Assembly (NCBI RefSeq): GCF_002007645.1 | Contig: NZ_CP019791.1 | Location: 2,904,593-2,968,592, forward strand | Origin: Anaerohalosphaera lusitana | GTDB lineage: Bacteria > Planctomycetota > Phycisphaerae > Sedimentisphaerales > Anaerohalosphaeraceae | Direction: 5' to 3' | Length of the DNA stretch: 64,000 bases | In this document: positions 17,936-26,710 of the stretch, piece by piece | Layout of the letters: each line of letters starts with the position of its first letter | Numbering within the stretch: the first letter of the stretch is position 1 | Program-made: the position numbers and the translations under genes | Notes under the pieces: model-generated | The model's database searches: none | What the model was told of the DNA's origin: nothing | The model's input: the letters and a program-made list of their open reading frames with translations, nothing else

Positions 17936-19858
17936 CTATTGATCCAGCTCGGCCGGATGCTCGAGCATCTTCTTGATAAAGTCCAAAAACTGAGCGGCCT
18001 CCGCGCCGTTTGCGACCTTATGATCCACTGAAAGCGTCAGCGACATGATCTTTCGAACCAGGATATTTCCGCCGCTCGGCACGCAAGTATCCTCGATCGA
18101 ACCGACACCGAGAATACTGCACTGACCGGGCACAACCACAGGAATGAACGAGTGTATCCCGAAACCGCCAAGATTGCTTATCGTAATACATCCGCCCTCA
18201 AGATCATCCAGTGTGACCTGGTTGGCCTTTGTACGCTGGATCAGGCTCTTGCTGTATTCAGCAATTTGCGCAACGTCCTTCTGATCCGCGTCCTTAATAA
18301 CAGGCGAGATCAGGCCGTCCTCAACCGCGATCGCCAGACCGACATGTATCCGCTCAGCCAACTGAATGAAGTCACCCGCAAGCTGCCCCGTCATAACCGG
18401 ATAATGCCGCAGTGACTTCGCAACAGCGCGAATTATATAGTCGTTGAACGATATCTTCACACTCGCTGACTCGTTAGCCTTGGACCGCAACTTGACCAGC
18501 TCGGTCATATCGACCTGCGTCGTCAGATAGAAACACGGAATGTCTCTCTTCGACTGAAGCATCTTCTCGCCCGTGATCTTCTGCAGGCGATTGACCGGTA
18601 TGCGTTCACCCAGCACGGCCGGCGACTGAGCCCCGCCGCTTTGAACTGCCGCAAGTACGTCCGCTGCAACGATCCGCGGAGCACCTGGCTTCGGCGAGAC
18701 TGTACTGATATCGACACCCTGCTGCTGGGCAATGGTTTTAGCGCGTGGCGATGCAAAAACCTTGCCGCCCTTCGCCGGGCCGGCAGCTTGCGTTGGAGCT
18801 TGTGTCTTTGCCTCCGGTGCGGGCTTGCTTTCAGCTTGCACAGCCTGTTCACCAGGCCCCGCCCTGAGCGAATCCACGAACGCCTGACTTACCTCGGCCC
18901 CATCTTCACCCACGATCAGCAGCGGATCGTTCACAGGCACCGTCTCACCGTCCTCAACAAGGACCATCTTTACGATACCTTCAGCCGGCGACTCCATCTC
19001 CAAAGTCGCTTTGTCCGTCTCGATCTCAAAAATGACATCGCCCTTCTCAACCTTATCGCCGGAACCGATCAGTATATTGACAACAGTTCCTTCCTCCATC
19101 GTCTGGCCGAGCTGAGGCAATCGCACCACCCGGATGCCCTCAGGCGTCTTGACCGGCCCGCTCGTCCTTTCTGCCGGCCCCTGCTGAGTCTGCTCCGTCT
19201 CAGCGACAGCCTGATCACCTGTCTGCGCCGCCACATACTCGCCACTTACCACAGCATCCTCGGCACCCACTATCAGCATCGGCGCATTGACCGGTATCGT
19301 CTCGCCGTCATCAACGAGAACGCGTTTTACAAACCCCTCAGCCGGCGATTCCATCTCCAGCGTCGCTTTATCCGTCTCGATCTCAAACACCACATCGCCC
19401 TTTGCAATCTTATCACCCGGCGAAACGAGAATATTCACGACAGTGCCCTCTTCCATCGTCTGACCAAGCTGGGGCAGTTTGACCGTCTTTAGTGACGGAT
19501 CCGCATCTCCTGACGGCTGTGCGAGCGTTGCCTCGGGCTCCGCTGTCTTCTGCGGCTCGATCTTCCCGACATTTTCCCCTCCAGCCAGCGAATCAATATA
19601 CGCCTGATCTATCTCTTCGTGCTTTTCACCGACAATGAGCATGGGCGTGTTGACAGGTATCGTCTCACCATCCTTGACTAGGACCTTCTTGACGTATCCC
19701 TCAGCCGGCGACTCGACCTCGAGCGTTGCCTTGTCCGTCTCAACTTCAAAGATAACATCGCCCTTTTCGACTTTGTCACCGTCGCTGACGAGGATATTCA
19801 CAATGGTGCCTTCTTCCATCGTCTGGCCAAGCTGGGGCAGTTTTATATCTCGTGCCAT
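17936..19858 (-). CDS. Dihydrolipoamide acyltransferase (E2) with three lipoyl domains
   Basis: 640 aa. Three tandem lipoyl domains, each with the ETDKA lipoyl-lysine motif. Then a peripheral subunit-binding domain and a catalytic domain with the DHKVANG (DHRxxDG-type) motif. Confidence 0.9.
   Translation of the reverse strand: MARDIKLPQLGQTMEEGTIVNILVSDGDKVEKGDVIFEVETDKATLEVESPAEGYVKKVLVKDGETIPVNTPMLIVGEKHEEIDQAYIDSLAGGENVGKIEPQKTAEPEATLAQPSGDADPSLKTVKLPQLGQTMEEGTVVNILVSPGDKIAKGDVVFEIETDKATLEMESPAEGFVKRVLVDDGETIPVNAPMLIVGAEDAVVSGEYVAAQTGDQAVAETEQTQQGPAERTSGPVKTPEGIRVVRLPQLGQTMEEGTVVNILIGSGDKVEKGDVIFEIETDKATLEMESPAEGIVKMVLVEDGETVPVNDPLLIVGEDGAEVSQAFVDSLRAGPGEQAVQAESKPAPEAKTQAPTQAAGPAKGGKVFASPRAKTIAQQQGVDISTVSPKPGAPRIVAADVLAAVQSGGAQSPAVLGERIPVNRLQKITGEKMLQSKRDIPCFYLTTQVDMTELVKLRSKANESASVKISFNDYIIRAVAKSLRHYPVMTGQLAGDFIQLAERIHVGLAIAVEDGLISPVIKDADQKDVAQIAEYSKSLIQRTKANQVTLDDLEGGCITISNLGGFGIHSFIPVVVPGQCSILGVGSIEDTCVPSGGNILVRKIMSLTLSVDHKVANGAEAAQFLDFIKKMLEHPAELDQ
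18880..19858 (-). repeat. Three tandem ~355-bp coding repeats (lipoyl domains of E2)
   Basis: Near-identical DNA segments recur with period about 355-360 bp, e.g. CATCGTCTGGCCAAGCTGGGGCAGTTT at about 19105, 19460 and 19820. Confidence 0.8.
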
Positions 19859-19910
19859 TATTTACTCCGTTGCTAATGCTGATGAGAATACAGCGTTAAT
19901 GATCGTATTG

Positions 19911-22148
19911 TTAAATCTGAGCCTTCACTGAAGCCACTATTTTATCAACAGTTGGAATACTTGCAAGCTCCAGCGGCTCACTCATCGGAGGAGGCACATC
20001 TTCAGCAGCCAGGTTCACCGGCGGAGCGTCCAGATAATCGAATCCGCATCTGCCGTCTTCAAACTTATAGTTTATCAACTGCCGTGTGATCTCGGACCCG
20101 GTACCGCACATGCAGAAACCTTCACTGACCGTGATGAGCCTGCCCGTCTTACGCACCGATGCAGCAACCGTATCGATATCCATCGGCTTGACCGTCCTGA
20201 GATCGATCACCTCAGCATCGATGCCGTGCTTGTCCGCCAGCTCTTTCGCAGCATCCAGTGCAAACATCGTCTGCCTGCTGTATGTAACAATCGTTGCATC
20301 CTTGCCAGGCCGTTTGATATCAGCCACCCCAAGCGGAATGATATAATCGTCCGTCGGCACGGCCCCCATCTGTCCATAGGTCGCTTTGTGCTCGATAAAG
20401 ACGACTGGATTGTCGCTTCTGATCGATGCCTTGAGCAGCCCCTTCGCATCATAAGGCGTCGAAGGCATTACGACGTAAAGCCCGGGCACATGCACAAGCC
20501 ACGCTTCCAGCGACTTGGAATGGTGAGCTGCAATACAGCGTCCAACGCCGCCCTCGGTACGCAGAACCATCGGCACCTTCGCGTGCCCGCCGAACATGTA
20601 ACGGTTGAACGCACCGTTATGCATAAGCTGATCGAGTGCGATCGTTATAAAATCGACATACATCAGCTCAGCTATTGGCCGCATGCCGCGAATTGCAGCA
20701 CCAACAGCCGCACCGGTAATCGCAGCTTCCGAGATCGCCGTATCGATCACCCGATCGGTACCAAACTCCTCCAGCAGTCCTTTCGTCGCCTTATAAGCTC
20801 CTCCGTACAGACCGACATCCTCACCAAGGATCACGACGTCCTCATCACGCCGCATTTCCTCAGCATGAGCATCCGCGACCGCCTGGCCGATATTCAGCAC
20901 ATCCATACCGAACCCGTCCTTGACCTTCGCCTGCGCCTTCTCACGTATTTCCTTCTTGCTCTTGCCTGTGCCCTCCGCCAAAGCTTTCTCGAACGCAGCC
21001 GTAGCGTCATGGGCCTTTTCCGACTGCTGCTTTTCCGCCTTGATTAACTCCTGATCATAGCTCTCTGCGACGTATACATCCTTTGCAAGCTCTTCAACCT
21101 TCGGCCATGGACTGTCCAGACCAAACTTCGTAGCATCTTCAATGCACTGCTCAGCGGCCTTCTCTATCTTGTCCAGCTCTTCCTGCGTAGCGAGCTTTTC
21201 ATCCAGAAGACGCTTGGAAAGCACAATGATCGGGTCGCGATCGCGCCATGCCTTCTCCTCTTCTTTCGTCCTGTACGCTCTTGGATCACTCCGGCTGTGC
21301 CCAAACCAGCGATACGTCTTCGCCTCGACCATCATAAGCTTGCTGTTCTTTCTGGCATATTCGGCAGCCTCACGAATACCGCAGAAGACTGAAACAACAT
21401 CCTGTCCGTCAACGATCATCGCGGGCACATCATACGCAGCTCCGCGAACGGCAATGTCCTCGACATTACTCGCACAAACGGTCCCCTCAACTTCACTCTG
21501 TGAGAAAGGAACCGACATGCCGTAAAGGTTGTTCTCGATCACGGCGACCAGCGGAACATCAAAAACGGATGCCATGTTCATCGATTCGTGGAAAGTACCC
21601 GTATTCGTTGAGCCGTCACCAAAAAAAGACACAACCACCCGGCCGGTCTTCTTGTACTTCTCCGCCATTGCCGCCCCAACTGCCGGAGGCTGATTACCGC
21701 CTACGATACCGGTCGACCCCAGATTACCCTTTTTCACGTCTGCGATATGCATCGATCCGCCCCGGCCGTTGCAGTACCCTGTCTCCCGCCCCATAAGCTC
21801 AGCCATCATACGGTTCCAGTGGGTCTGGCGGGCATTGTCATCCTCTGCGTACTTATTACCGATCGCCCCGCAATGTCCGTGACCACGGTGCGTCGAACCG
21901 ATCACATCGCCCTTTTCGATAGCGGCAATCGCGCCAGTGGCAACAGCTTCCTCGCCAGCATAAAGATGCGATGCACCCTTGATCAGGTTCTGCCCCAGAA
22001 GTTCAAAAACCTTCTCTTCAAAAAACCGTATCTCGTAGATCGTTCTCAGCCAGTCGAGCGCATCCTCTCGTGATATTACACCATCTTTGATAAGCTCATT
22101 AATAGTGGGTCCGGCAGCGGTCCGCTTGTCATCCACTTTGAATCCCAT
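19911..22148 (-). CDS. 2-oxoacid/acetoin dehydrogenase E1 component, fused alpha-beta subunits (TPP-dependent)
   Basis: 745 aa. N-terminal half is E1-alpha (TPP-binding GDGS...N motif region FFGDGSTNTG). C-terminal half is E1-beta (transketolase-like pyrimidine-binding and C-terminal domain). A Lys/Glu-rich linker joins them. Confidence 0.85.
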   Translation of the reverse strand: MGFKVDDKRTAAGPTINELIKDGVISREDALDWLRTIYEIRFFEEKVFELLGQNLIKGASHLYAGEEAVATGAIAAIEKGDVIGSTHRGHGHCGAIGNKYAEDDNARQTHWNRMMAELMGRETGYCNGRGGSMHIADVKKGNLGSTGIVGGNQPPAVGAAMAEKYKKTGRVVVSFFGDGSTNTGTFHESMNMASVFDVPLVAVIENNLYGMSVPFSQSEVEGTVCASNVEDIAVRGAAYDVPAMIVDGQDVVSVFCGIREAAEYARKNSKLMMVEAKTYRWFGHSRSDPRAYRTKEEEKAWRDRDPIIVLSKRLLDEKLATQEELDKIEKAAEQCIEDATKFGLDSPWPKVEELAKDVYVAESYDQELIKAEKQQSEKAHDATAAFEKALAEGTGKSKKEIREKAQAKVKDGFGMDVLNIGQAVADAHAEEMRRDEDVVILGEDVGLYGGAYKATKGLLEEFGTDRVIDTAISEAAITGAAVGAAIRGMRPIAELMYVDFITIALDQLMHNGAFNRYMFGGHAKVPMVLRTEGGVGRCIAAHHSKSLEAWLVHVPGLYVVMPSTPYDAKGLLKASIRSDNPVVFIEHKATYGQMGAVPTDDYIIPLGVADIKRPGKDATIVTYSRQTMFALDAAKELADKHGIDAEVIDLRTVKPMDIDTVAASVRKTGRLITVSEGFCMCGTGSEITRQLINYKFEDGRCGFDYLDAPPVNLAAEDVPPPMSEPLELASIPTVDKIVASVKAQI

Positions 22149-22618
22149 AAAATCTACTCCTTGTCTTGGTTACGTATGCTGGATCAGAAAATTAACCTGG
22201 AATGATACTGTCCCAAGTATACACAATACCAAGCCATAACCAAACATAAATAACACCGACTTTGACACAGAACTAGCAACAATGAACCCGAATCGAACAC
22301 AAACGATCAGCTTTAAGCTTGATGAAAAAGTCAGATTGGACTATTATCTTGCTATTGAATTGCAAACCTGCTAGAAGCTGTTTCAAAACTGCTTTTGGCT
22401 TCTCGGCGAGCAATTTTTTCGTCTCGGCAAGGCGTGTGAAACCGGACATAGCTATTCTATGGGTGGTTTTGCACAACACAGCCGAACGGAAAAAGGGCCG
22501 CTGAAAGACAAATCGGAATTTTGAAACCGCTTATAGTTATCAAAGACAATAGTCCACTTGGCTTACAAATGCCAGTGATTTGCATTAACTTTAGTCGATA
22601 TCGCTTTCCAGGAGAATC

Positions 22619-24013
22619 TTGAAAATGGCTGACAGTTTTGACGTGATCGTAATAGGCGGAGGACCGGGCGGGTACGCAGCGGCCATCAGATGTGCACAGA
22701 AAAACGCAAACGTCGCACTCGTAGAAAAAGCCGAAATGGGCGGCACCTGTCTCAATCGCGGCTGCATCCCCTCAAAGGCCCTGCTCGGTTCTGCACATTT
22801 CCTCACACTTGCAAAACACGCCAGGCTCATGGGCGTCGACATCGAAAAGCCCTCCCCAAACTGGACCAAAATGCAGGCCCGCAAAGATGCCATAGTCGAA
22901 AACTTCAGCAAAGGTGTCAAAACTCTCGTAAAAGCAAACAAGATCAAGCTCTACGAAGGCATCGGTATCGCAAAGGGTCCCGACACGGTAACCGTACAGA
23001 CTGACAATGAAGAAGTCGAACTAAAAGCCAAAAGCATAATCCTCGCCACCGGTTCGGTCCCCGTTGAGATTCCCGCATTCAAATTCGACCGCGAAACCAT
23101 TATAAGCAGCAAAGAAGCCTTGAACCTCAGCGAAATACCAGAATCGCTCGTCATCATAGGCGGCGGAATCATAGGCTGCGAAATGGCCTGCGTCTACGCA
23201 ACCGTCGGTTCCAGGGTAACCATCATCGAAGCACTCGACCAACTTTTGCCCAACGAGGATGCCTGGGTCGGCAAGATTATGCAGCGGGAATTCAAAAAGC
23301 TCGGCATCAAATGCCTCACCAGCCAGAAAGTCACAGGCGTCGACGTAAACAATGACACCGCAAAGGTCAACCTGGAAAGCGGCGAATCCATTGATGCAGA
23401 CAAGGTACTTGTTTCCGTAGGCCGAAGAGCCATCTGCGACCAGGAAACAATAGAAGCACTTGGCCTGGAAATGCAGGGCTCGACCATCGAGATAAACGAA
23501 AAAATGGAAACCAGCGTCCCGGGCGTTTACGCGATCGGCGACGCAGTCGGAACCACATACCTCGCCCACGGAGCCTTCCAGGAAGCCGAGATCGCAGCCG
23601 AAAACTCCCTTGGCGGCGACGAAAAAATGGGCGACTATAACCTGATCCCCAAAGCTGTATACTCCTTCCCAGAAGTCGCTTCTATCGGGCTCAACGAGAA
23701 AAAATGCACCAAAAAAGGAATTGATTTCACGGTCGGCAAGGCCGCCTTCAGGTCCAACGGCCGTAGCGTAGCACATAACGAAACAGTCGGCGAGATCCGC
23801 GTCATCCGCGAAACAGATTCAAATAAGATACTCGGCGTCACAATGGTCGGCGCAACTGTTACCGAAATGATCTCTACCGCAAGGGCTCTGATAGGTACGA
23901 CCGAAGATATTACCGATGTCTGCTTTGCACACCCCACAGTTTCCGAGGTGCTCAAGGAAGCCTGGGAAGACGCATTCGGGATTAGTCTCCACGTACCTCC
24001 GTCACCAAAATAA
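22619..24013 (+). CDS. lpdA: Dihydrolipoyl dehydrogenase (E3)
   Basis: 464 aa. FAD GxGxxG (VIVIGGGPGGY), redox disulfide GGTCLNRGCIPSK, NAD-binding Rossmann, C-terminal dimerisation domain with HAHPT. Confidence 0.92.
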   Translation: MKMADSFDVIVIGGGPGGYAAAIRCAQKNANVALVEKAEMGGTCLNRGCIPSKALLGSAHFLTLAKHARLMGVDIEKPSPNWTKMQARKDAIVENFSKGVKTLVKANKIKLYEGIGIAKGPDTVTVQTDNEEVELKAKSIILATGSVPVEIPAFKFDRETIISSKEALNLSEIPESLVIIGGGIIGCEMACVYATVGSRVTIIEALDQLLPNEDAWVGKIMQREFKKLGIKCLTSQKVTGVDVNNDTAKVNLESGESIDADKVLVSVGRRAICDQETIEALGLEMQGSTIEINEKMETSVPGVYAIGDAVGTTYLAHGAFQEAEIAAENSLGGDEKMGDYNLIPKAVYSFPEVASIGLNEKKCTKKGIDFTVGKAAFRSNGRSVAHNETVGEIRVIRETDSNKILGVTMVGATVTEMISTARALIGTTEDITDVCFAHPTVSEVLKEAWEDAFGISLHVPPSPK

Positions 24014-24073
24014 TCTCAGCACACCAGCAGAAATGCAGAAGCCAACCTGTTCCTGCGGCTGGCTTTTGGTCTG

Positions 24074-24113
24074 TATAAAAAGGGGAAGGATGCGGCCACT
24101 AAGTCGCATCCTT
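24074..24113 (-). terminator. Minus-strand Rho-independent terminator after the anti-sigma gene
   Basis: AAGGATGCG-gccactaagt-CGCATCCTT (9-bp stem). On the minus strand it is followed by CCCCTTTTTAT. Located between convergent lpd and the anti-sigma gene. Confidence 0.55.
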
Positions 24114-24221
24114 CTAAAGTGTGGTCAATTCAGCATTGACCACTCACACTCTTCTCAAGCCGGTCATCTTCCTTATTGACCCCAAATCGGGTCCGATCTG
24201 CAGCCGAGAAAACTCTTTTTG

Positions 24222-25874
24222 TTATTTTCGTTCAAGCTCAAGTACAGGTTCGGTAAAAAGACACCAATCTGCACTGGTGCTGTTCCCTCCGTCGGTCGTA
24301 ATCAGCGTCAGGAATCGGTCCTCATCACGCAGGATAACTCGTATAGCTCTGGGTCTATCTCCCTCGTCAACTCCATGCAACTGAAATCTGAGCTCCCCGT
24401 CAACAAGGACCCAAACACTGCAATTTGTATCTACATTAAAATCTTCGCTGTAAGTTCTAACACCGCAACCAGAGACAAAACTCCCTATACGCAAACCAGG
24501 CATGCTGTCTCTGAGCCTCGCAAGGTCAAAGGTGATGCCGCTGTTGGCATGAGCAAGGATGCCAGGCTTTCCGTTCTCGCAATATATATCCTCACCAAAC
24601 GGCAGCTCAAAACCATCAACAGCAATGTCAACCCAATATTCATTATTAGTGTCCGGACAACCTTCAAATCTGTGCCCCAGAGAACTAACGCAAACCGGAC
24701 CTTCCCCCCCGTCCGGCACAAAGACGCCGTCGACATACCGGCGTTCCATAACCTGATGATATTGTCCATCTCCAGATTTTATGCTGGGTACAACTTCATC
24801 AAACGAACCGATCTCACCGCTGCCAAGCTTGAGCACCTGCATTTGCTTTCCATTGCCGAAACCGTTTCCGCCGGCAACGACATCCGCCAGATTAATCGCC
24901 CTACCGGGCACACCTGTAGATCCGGCAGGCGGCATATTCATCACGAACATATCACCCGCAGCATCAAAAACGTCCTTTCGAAGCTCACCCTCTCGATCAA
25001 CAGAGCTGGCCTGACCTTCTTTAAGCTGTACAGTACTCACAGCCATGTCCCCCGAATCCTTGCTGCTGAGCTCAACAAGTCCATCAAAAACATGAGCCTC
25101 GGTTTCGCCCCATGAATCAACTGCAACGCCGAACTCCGTCCCATGATCCACCACTCTTCCGGTTTGTGTTTCGACAGCGAAACCAGCAACTCCATTCTTC
25201 ACATAGATCCGACCGCTGTCCAGACGCAACCCTTTTTCAGCTTCAAAAGCTAATTCAGCAGGTGCTTGTATAAGGACGCTTGTACCGTTAAAGAACACGA
25301 TCTTAGCCATACCCTCATCAAGACGCAACTCCTGCCCAACCCTAAGTTCGTCGCCTCGTTCCGTCGCCCCCTCAGACTCGGACCACTTAACTCCATGACC
25401 ATCCGCAAAGACAGCAACAACAGGCCTTACGGGGACAAAAAGGTATATGAATCCAATAAGCATCAATGCCGCAGCCGATGTTATCGCGGTAAACAAAGCA
25501 ACTCGCGAAATGGATTTCTCGGAAGGCTTGACTTGGGCCATATCAGGGGCACGCTGCATCTCTGTCTCTTCCCTATCTACAACCACCCCCGCAGCGGTCT
25601 TCTCAGCCTGGGCCAGCGCAAGCCATAGCTGCCGCATATCGGTTTCATCACGGCTCACCGATTCACTTACTCGCGCCTGTACTTCTGATGCACAGCAGCA
25701 TTTCCGCAACCCCGAATGAACTGTCACAAACTCCAGGTAAAACCTTCTCGCGCTGACATCCTCGACGATCAGCCTGTCCAGCTTACGCATGTCTTCAGCA
25801 GAGATGCTCCCCTCAAGTGATTCCACTATCAGGTTGCTAAGTGTAGCATAGAATTGAGAGGACCTGTCGCTCAT
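24222..25874 (-). CDS. FecR-family anti-sigma factor with a large C-terminal extracytoplasmic domain
   Basis: 550 aa. N-terminal cytoplasmic anti-sigma domain, one TM helix (VALFTAITSAAALMLIGFIYLF), FecR domain, then about 300 aa beta-rich C-terminal domain. Start overlaps the ECF sigma stop by 4 bp (ATGA). Confidence 0.7.
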   Translation of the reverse strand: MSDRSSQFYATLSNLIVESLEGSISAEDMRKLDRLIVEDVSARRFYLEFVTVHSGLRKCCCASEVQARVSESVSRDETDMRQLWLALAQAEKTAAGVVVDREETEMQRAPDMAQVKPSEKSISRVALFTAITSAAALMLIGFIYLFVPVRPVVAVFADGHGVKWSESEGATERGDELRVGQELRLDEGMAKIVFFNGTSVLIQAPAELAFEAEKGLRLDSGRIYVKNGVAGFAVETQTGRVVDHGTEFGVAVDSWGETEAHVFDGLVELSSKDSGDMAVSTVQLKEGQASSVDREGELRKDVFDAAGDMFVMNMPPAGSTGVPGRAINLADVVAGGNGFGNGKQMQVLKLGSGEIGSFDEVVPSIKSGDGQYHQVMERRYVDGVFVPDGGEGPVCVSSLGHRFEGCPDTNNEYWVDIAVDGFELPFGEDIYCENGKPGILAHANSGITFDLARLRDSMPGLRIGSFVSGCGVRTYSEDFNVDTNCSVWVLVDGELRFQLHGVDEGDRPRAIRVILRDEDRFLTLITTDGGNSTSADWCLFTEPVLELERK

Positions 25875-26425
25875 ACTACCCCCTCTGTCGTCAGCCGCCT
25901 GCGGATACAGCGAAGAAGCATGCTGTTTATCCTGGCAACACTGCGGTAAACTCTGTGAACTGAAGTACCTATAACCTCAGCCACACTCCTTGCGGTGGCA
26001 CCGGGTGAATACCTCAGTTTGATGAACTGACGGTCCTTCTCGTCAAGCCTTGAAAGGCACGCCCTTAAAGCGTCTAGTCTGGCGTCCAGCTCCTCGGACA
26101 TTGAATCTGTCTCGGACTCGATAAGACGCAGCGCTTCCTCACTGAGTTGCGCCGTCTGATTTTGCTTGCTTTTGCGAAAATTCAATATCCTGAATTTTGC
26201 TATCGTAACCCCCCACGCTGCAAAATCAGTGCCCTCTTCAAATTCGTCAAATTTCTGCCACATTATCTCAGAAGTTTCCTGCATCATATCCTCAGCATCA
26301 GCAGCATTTGGCACCATGCTGAGAATGAACGCGTTGATCCGGTAATAATTGGCCGTCAAAAGCTTGACGAACTTCCCGGCATCCGGTCCTGATCCCTTTG
26401 TGTTGGTTCCTGAAGTTTCTGCCAT
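25871..26425 (-). CDS. ECF-type RNA polymerase sigma factor (sigma-70 family)
   Basis: 184 aa. Sigma region 2 (DAEDMMQETSEIMW...FAAW) and region 4 HTH (ARSVAEVIGTSVHRV). Translationally coupled to the downstream anti-sigma. Confidence 0.85.
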   Translation of the reverse strand: MAETSGTNTKGSGPDAGKFVKLLTANYYRINAFILSMVPNAADAEDMMQETSEIMWQKFDEFEEGTDFAAWGVTIAKFRILNFRKSKQNQTAQLSEEALRLIESETDSMSEELDARLDALRACLSRLDEKDRQFIKLRYSPGATARSVAEVIGTSVHRVYRSVARINSMLLRCIRRRLTTEGVV

Positions 26426-26710
26426 GAAATACCACTTTTAAATATTCGCAATGAGTTTCACACTGCAATGTAACGAATCGTGACAAATTTGCGCTATTTT
26501 TTGCGTCAATACAAAATATTCAACTCATATCTGGCAAAAAAGAGACAATTACAAGTTCAATACTCCCTCATACCTACTACCTTATTCCTCTCTGATCGTA
26601 CAGAGTGTTTTTAAGACCCTTTCCGGGTTTTCAGGTTGCCAAAACCCGCGTCCCATGCTACCACTACGCATTCTCTACAAATCCTAGATCAGGCTTGAGC
26701 AAAAGAAATA

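Noticed and set aside
18641-21047. Plus-strand ORFs (283 and 273 aa) antisense to E2 and E1
   Set aside because: Arg/Leu/His-rich shadows of the lipoyl-domain repeats and E1; no independent support.
23021-23776. 251-aa minus-strand ORF antisense to lpd
   Set aside because: Gly/Ala/Phe-rich mirror of the Rossmann-domain coding region.
24219-25115. 298-aa plus-strand ORF antisense to the anti-sigma gene
   Set aside because: No start context or homology; lies wholly inside a gene that is translationally coupled to its sigma factor.
26426-26710. Hairpin CGGGTTTT-caggttgcc-AAAACCCG between divergent ECF sigma and MFS genes
   Set aside because: It sits between two divergent starts, so it cannot terminate either gene, and it has no T-tract. 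Possibly an operator or simply a 5'-UTR structure; left unannotated.
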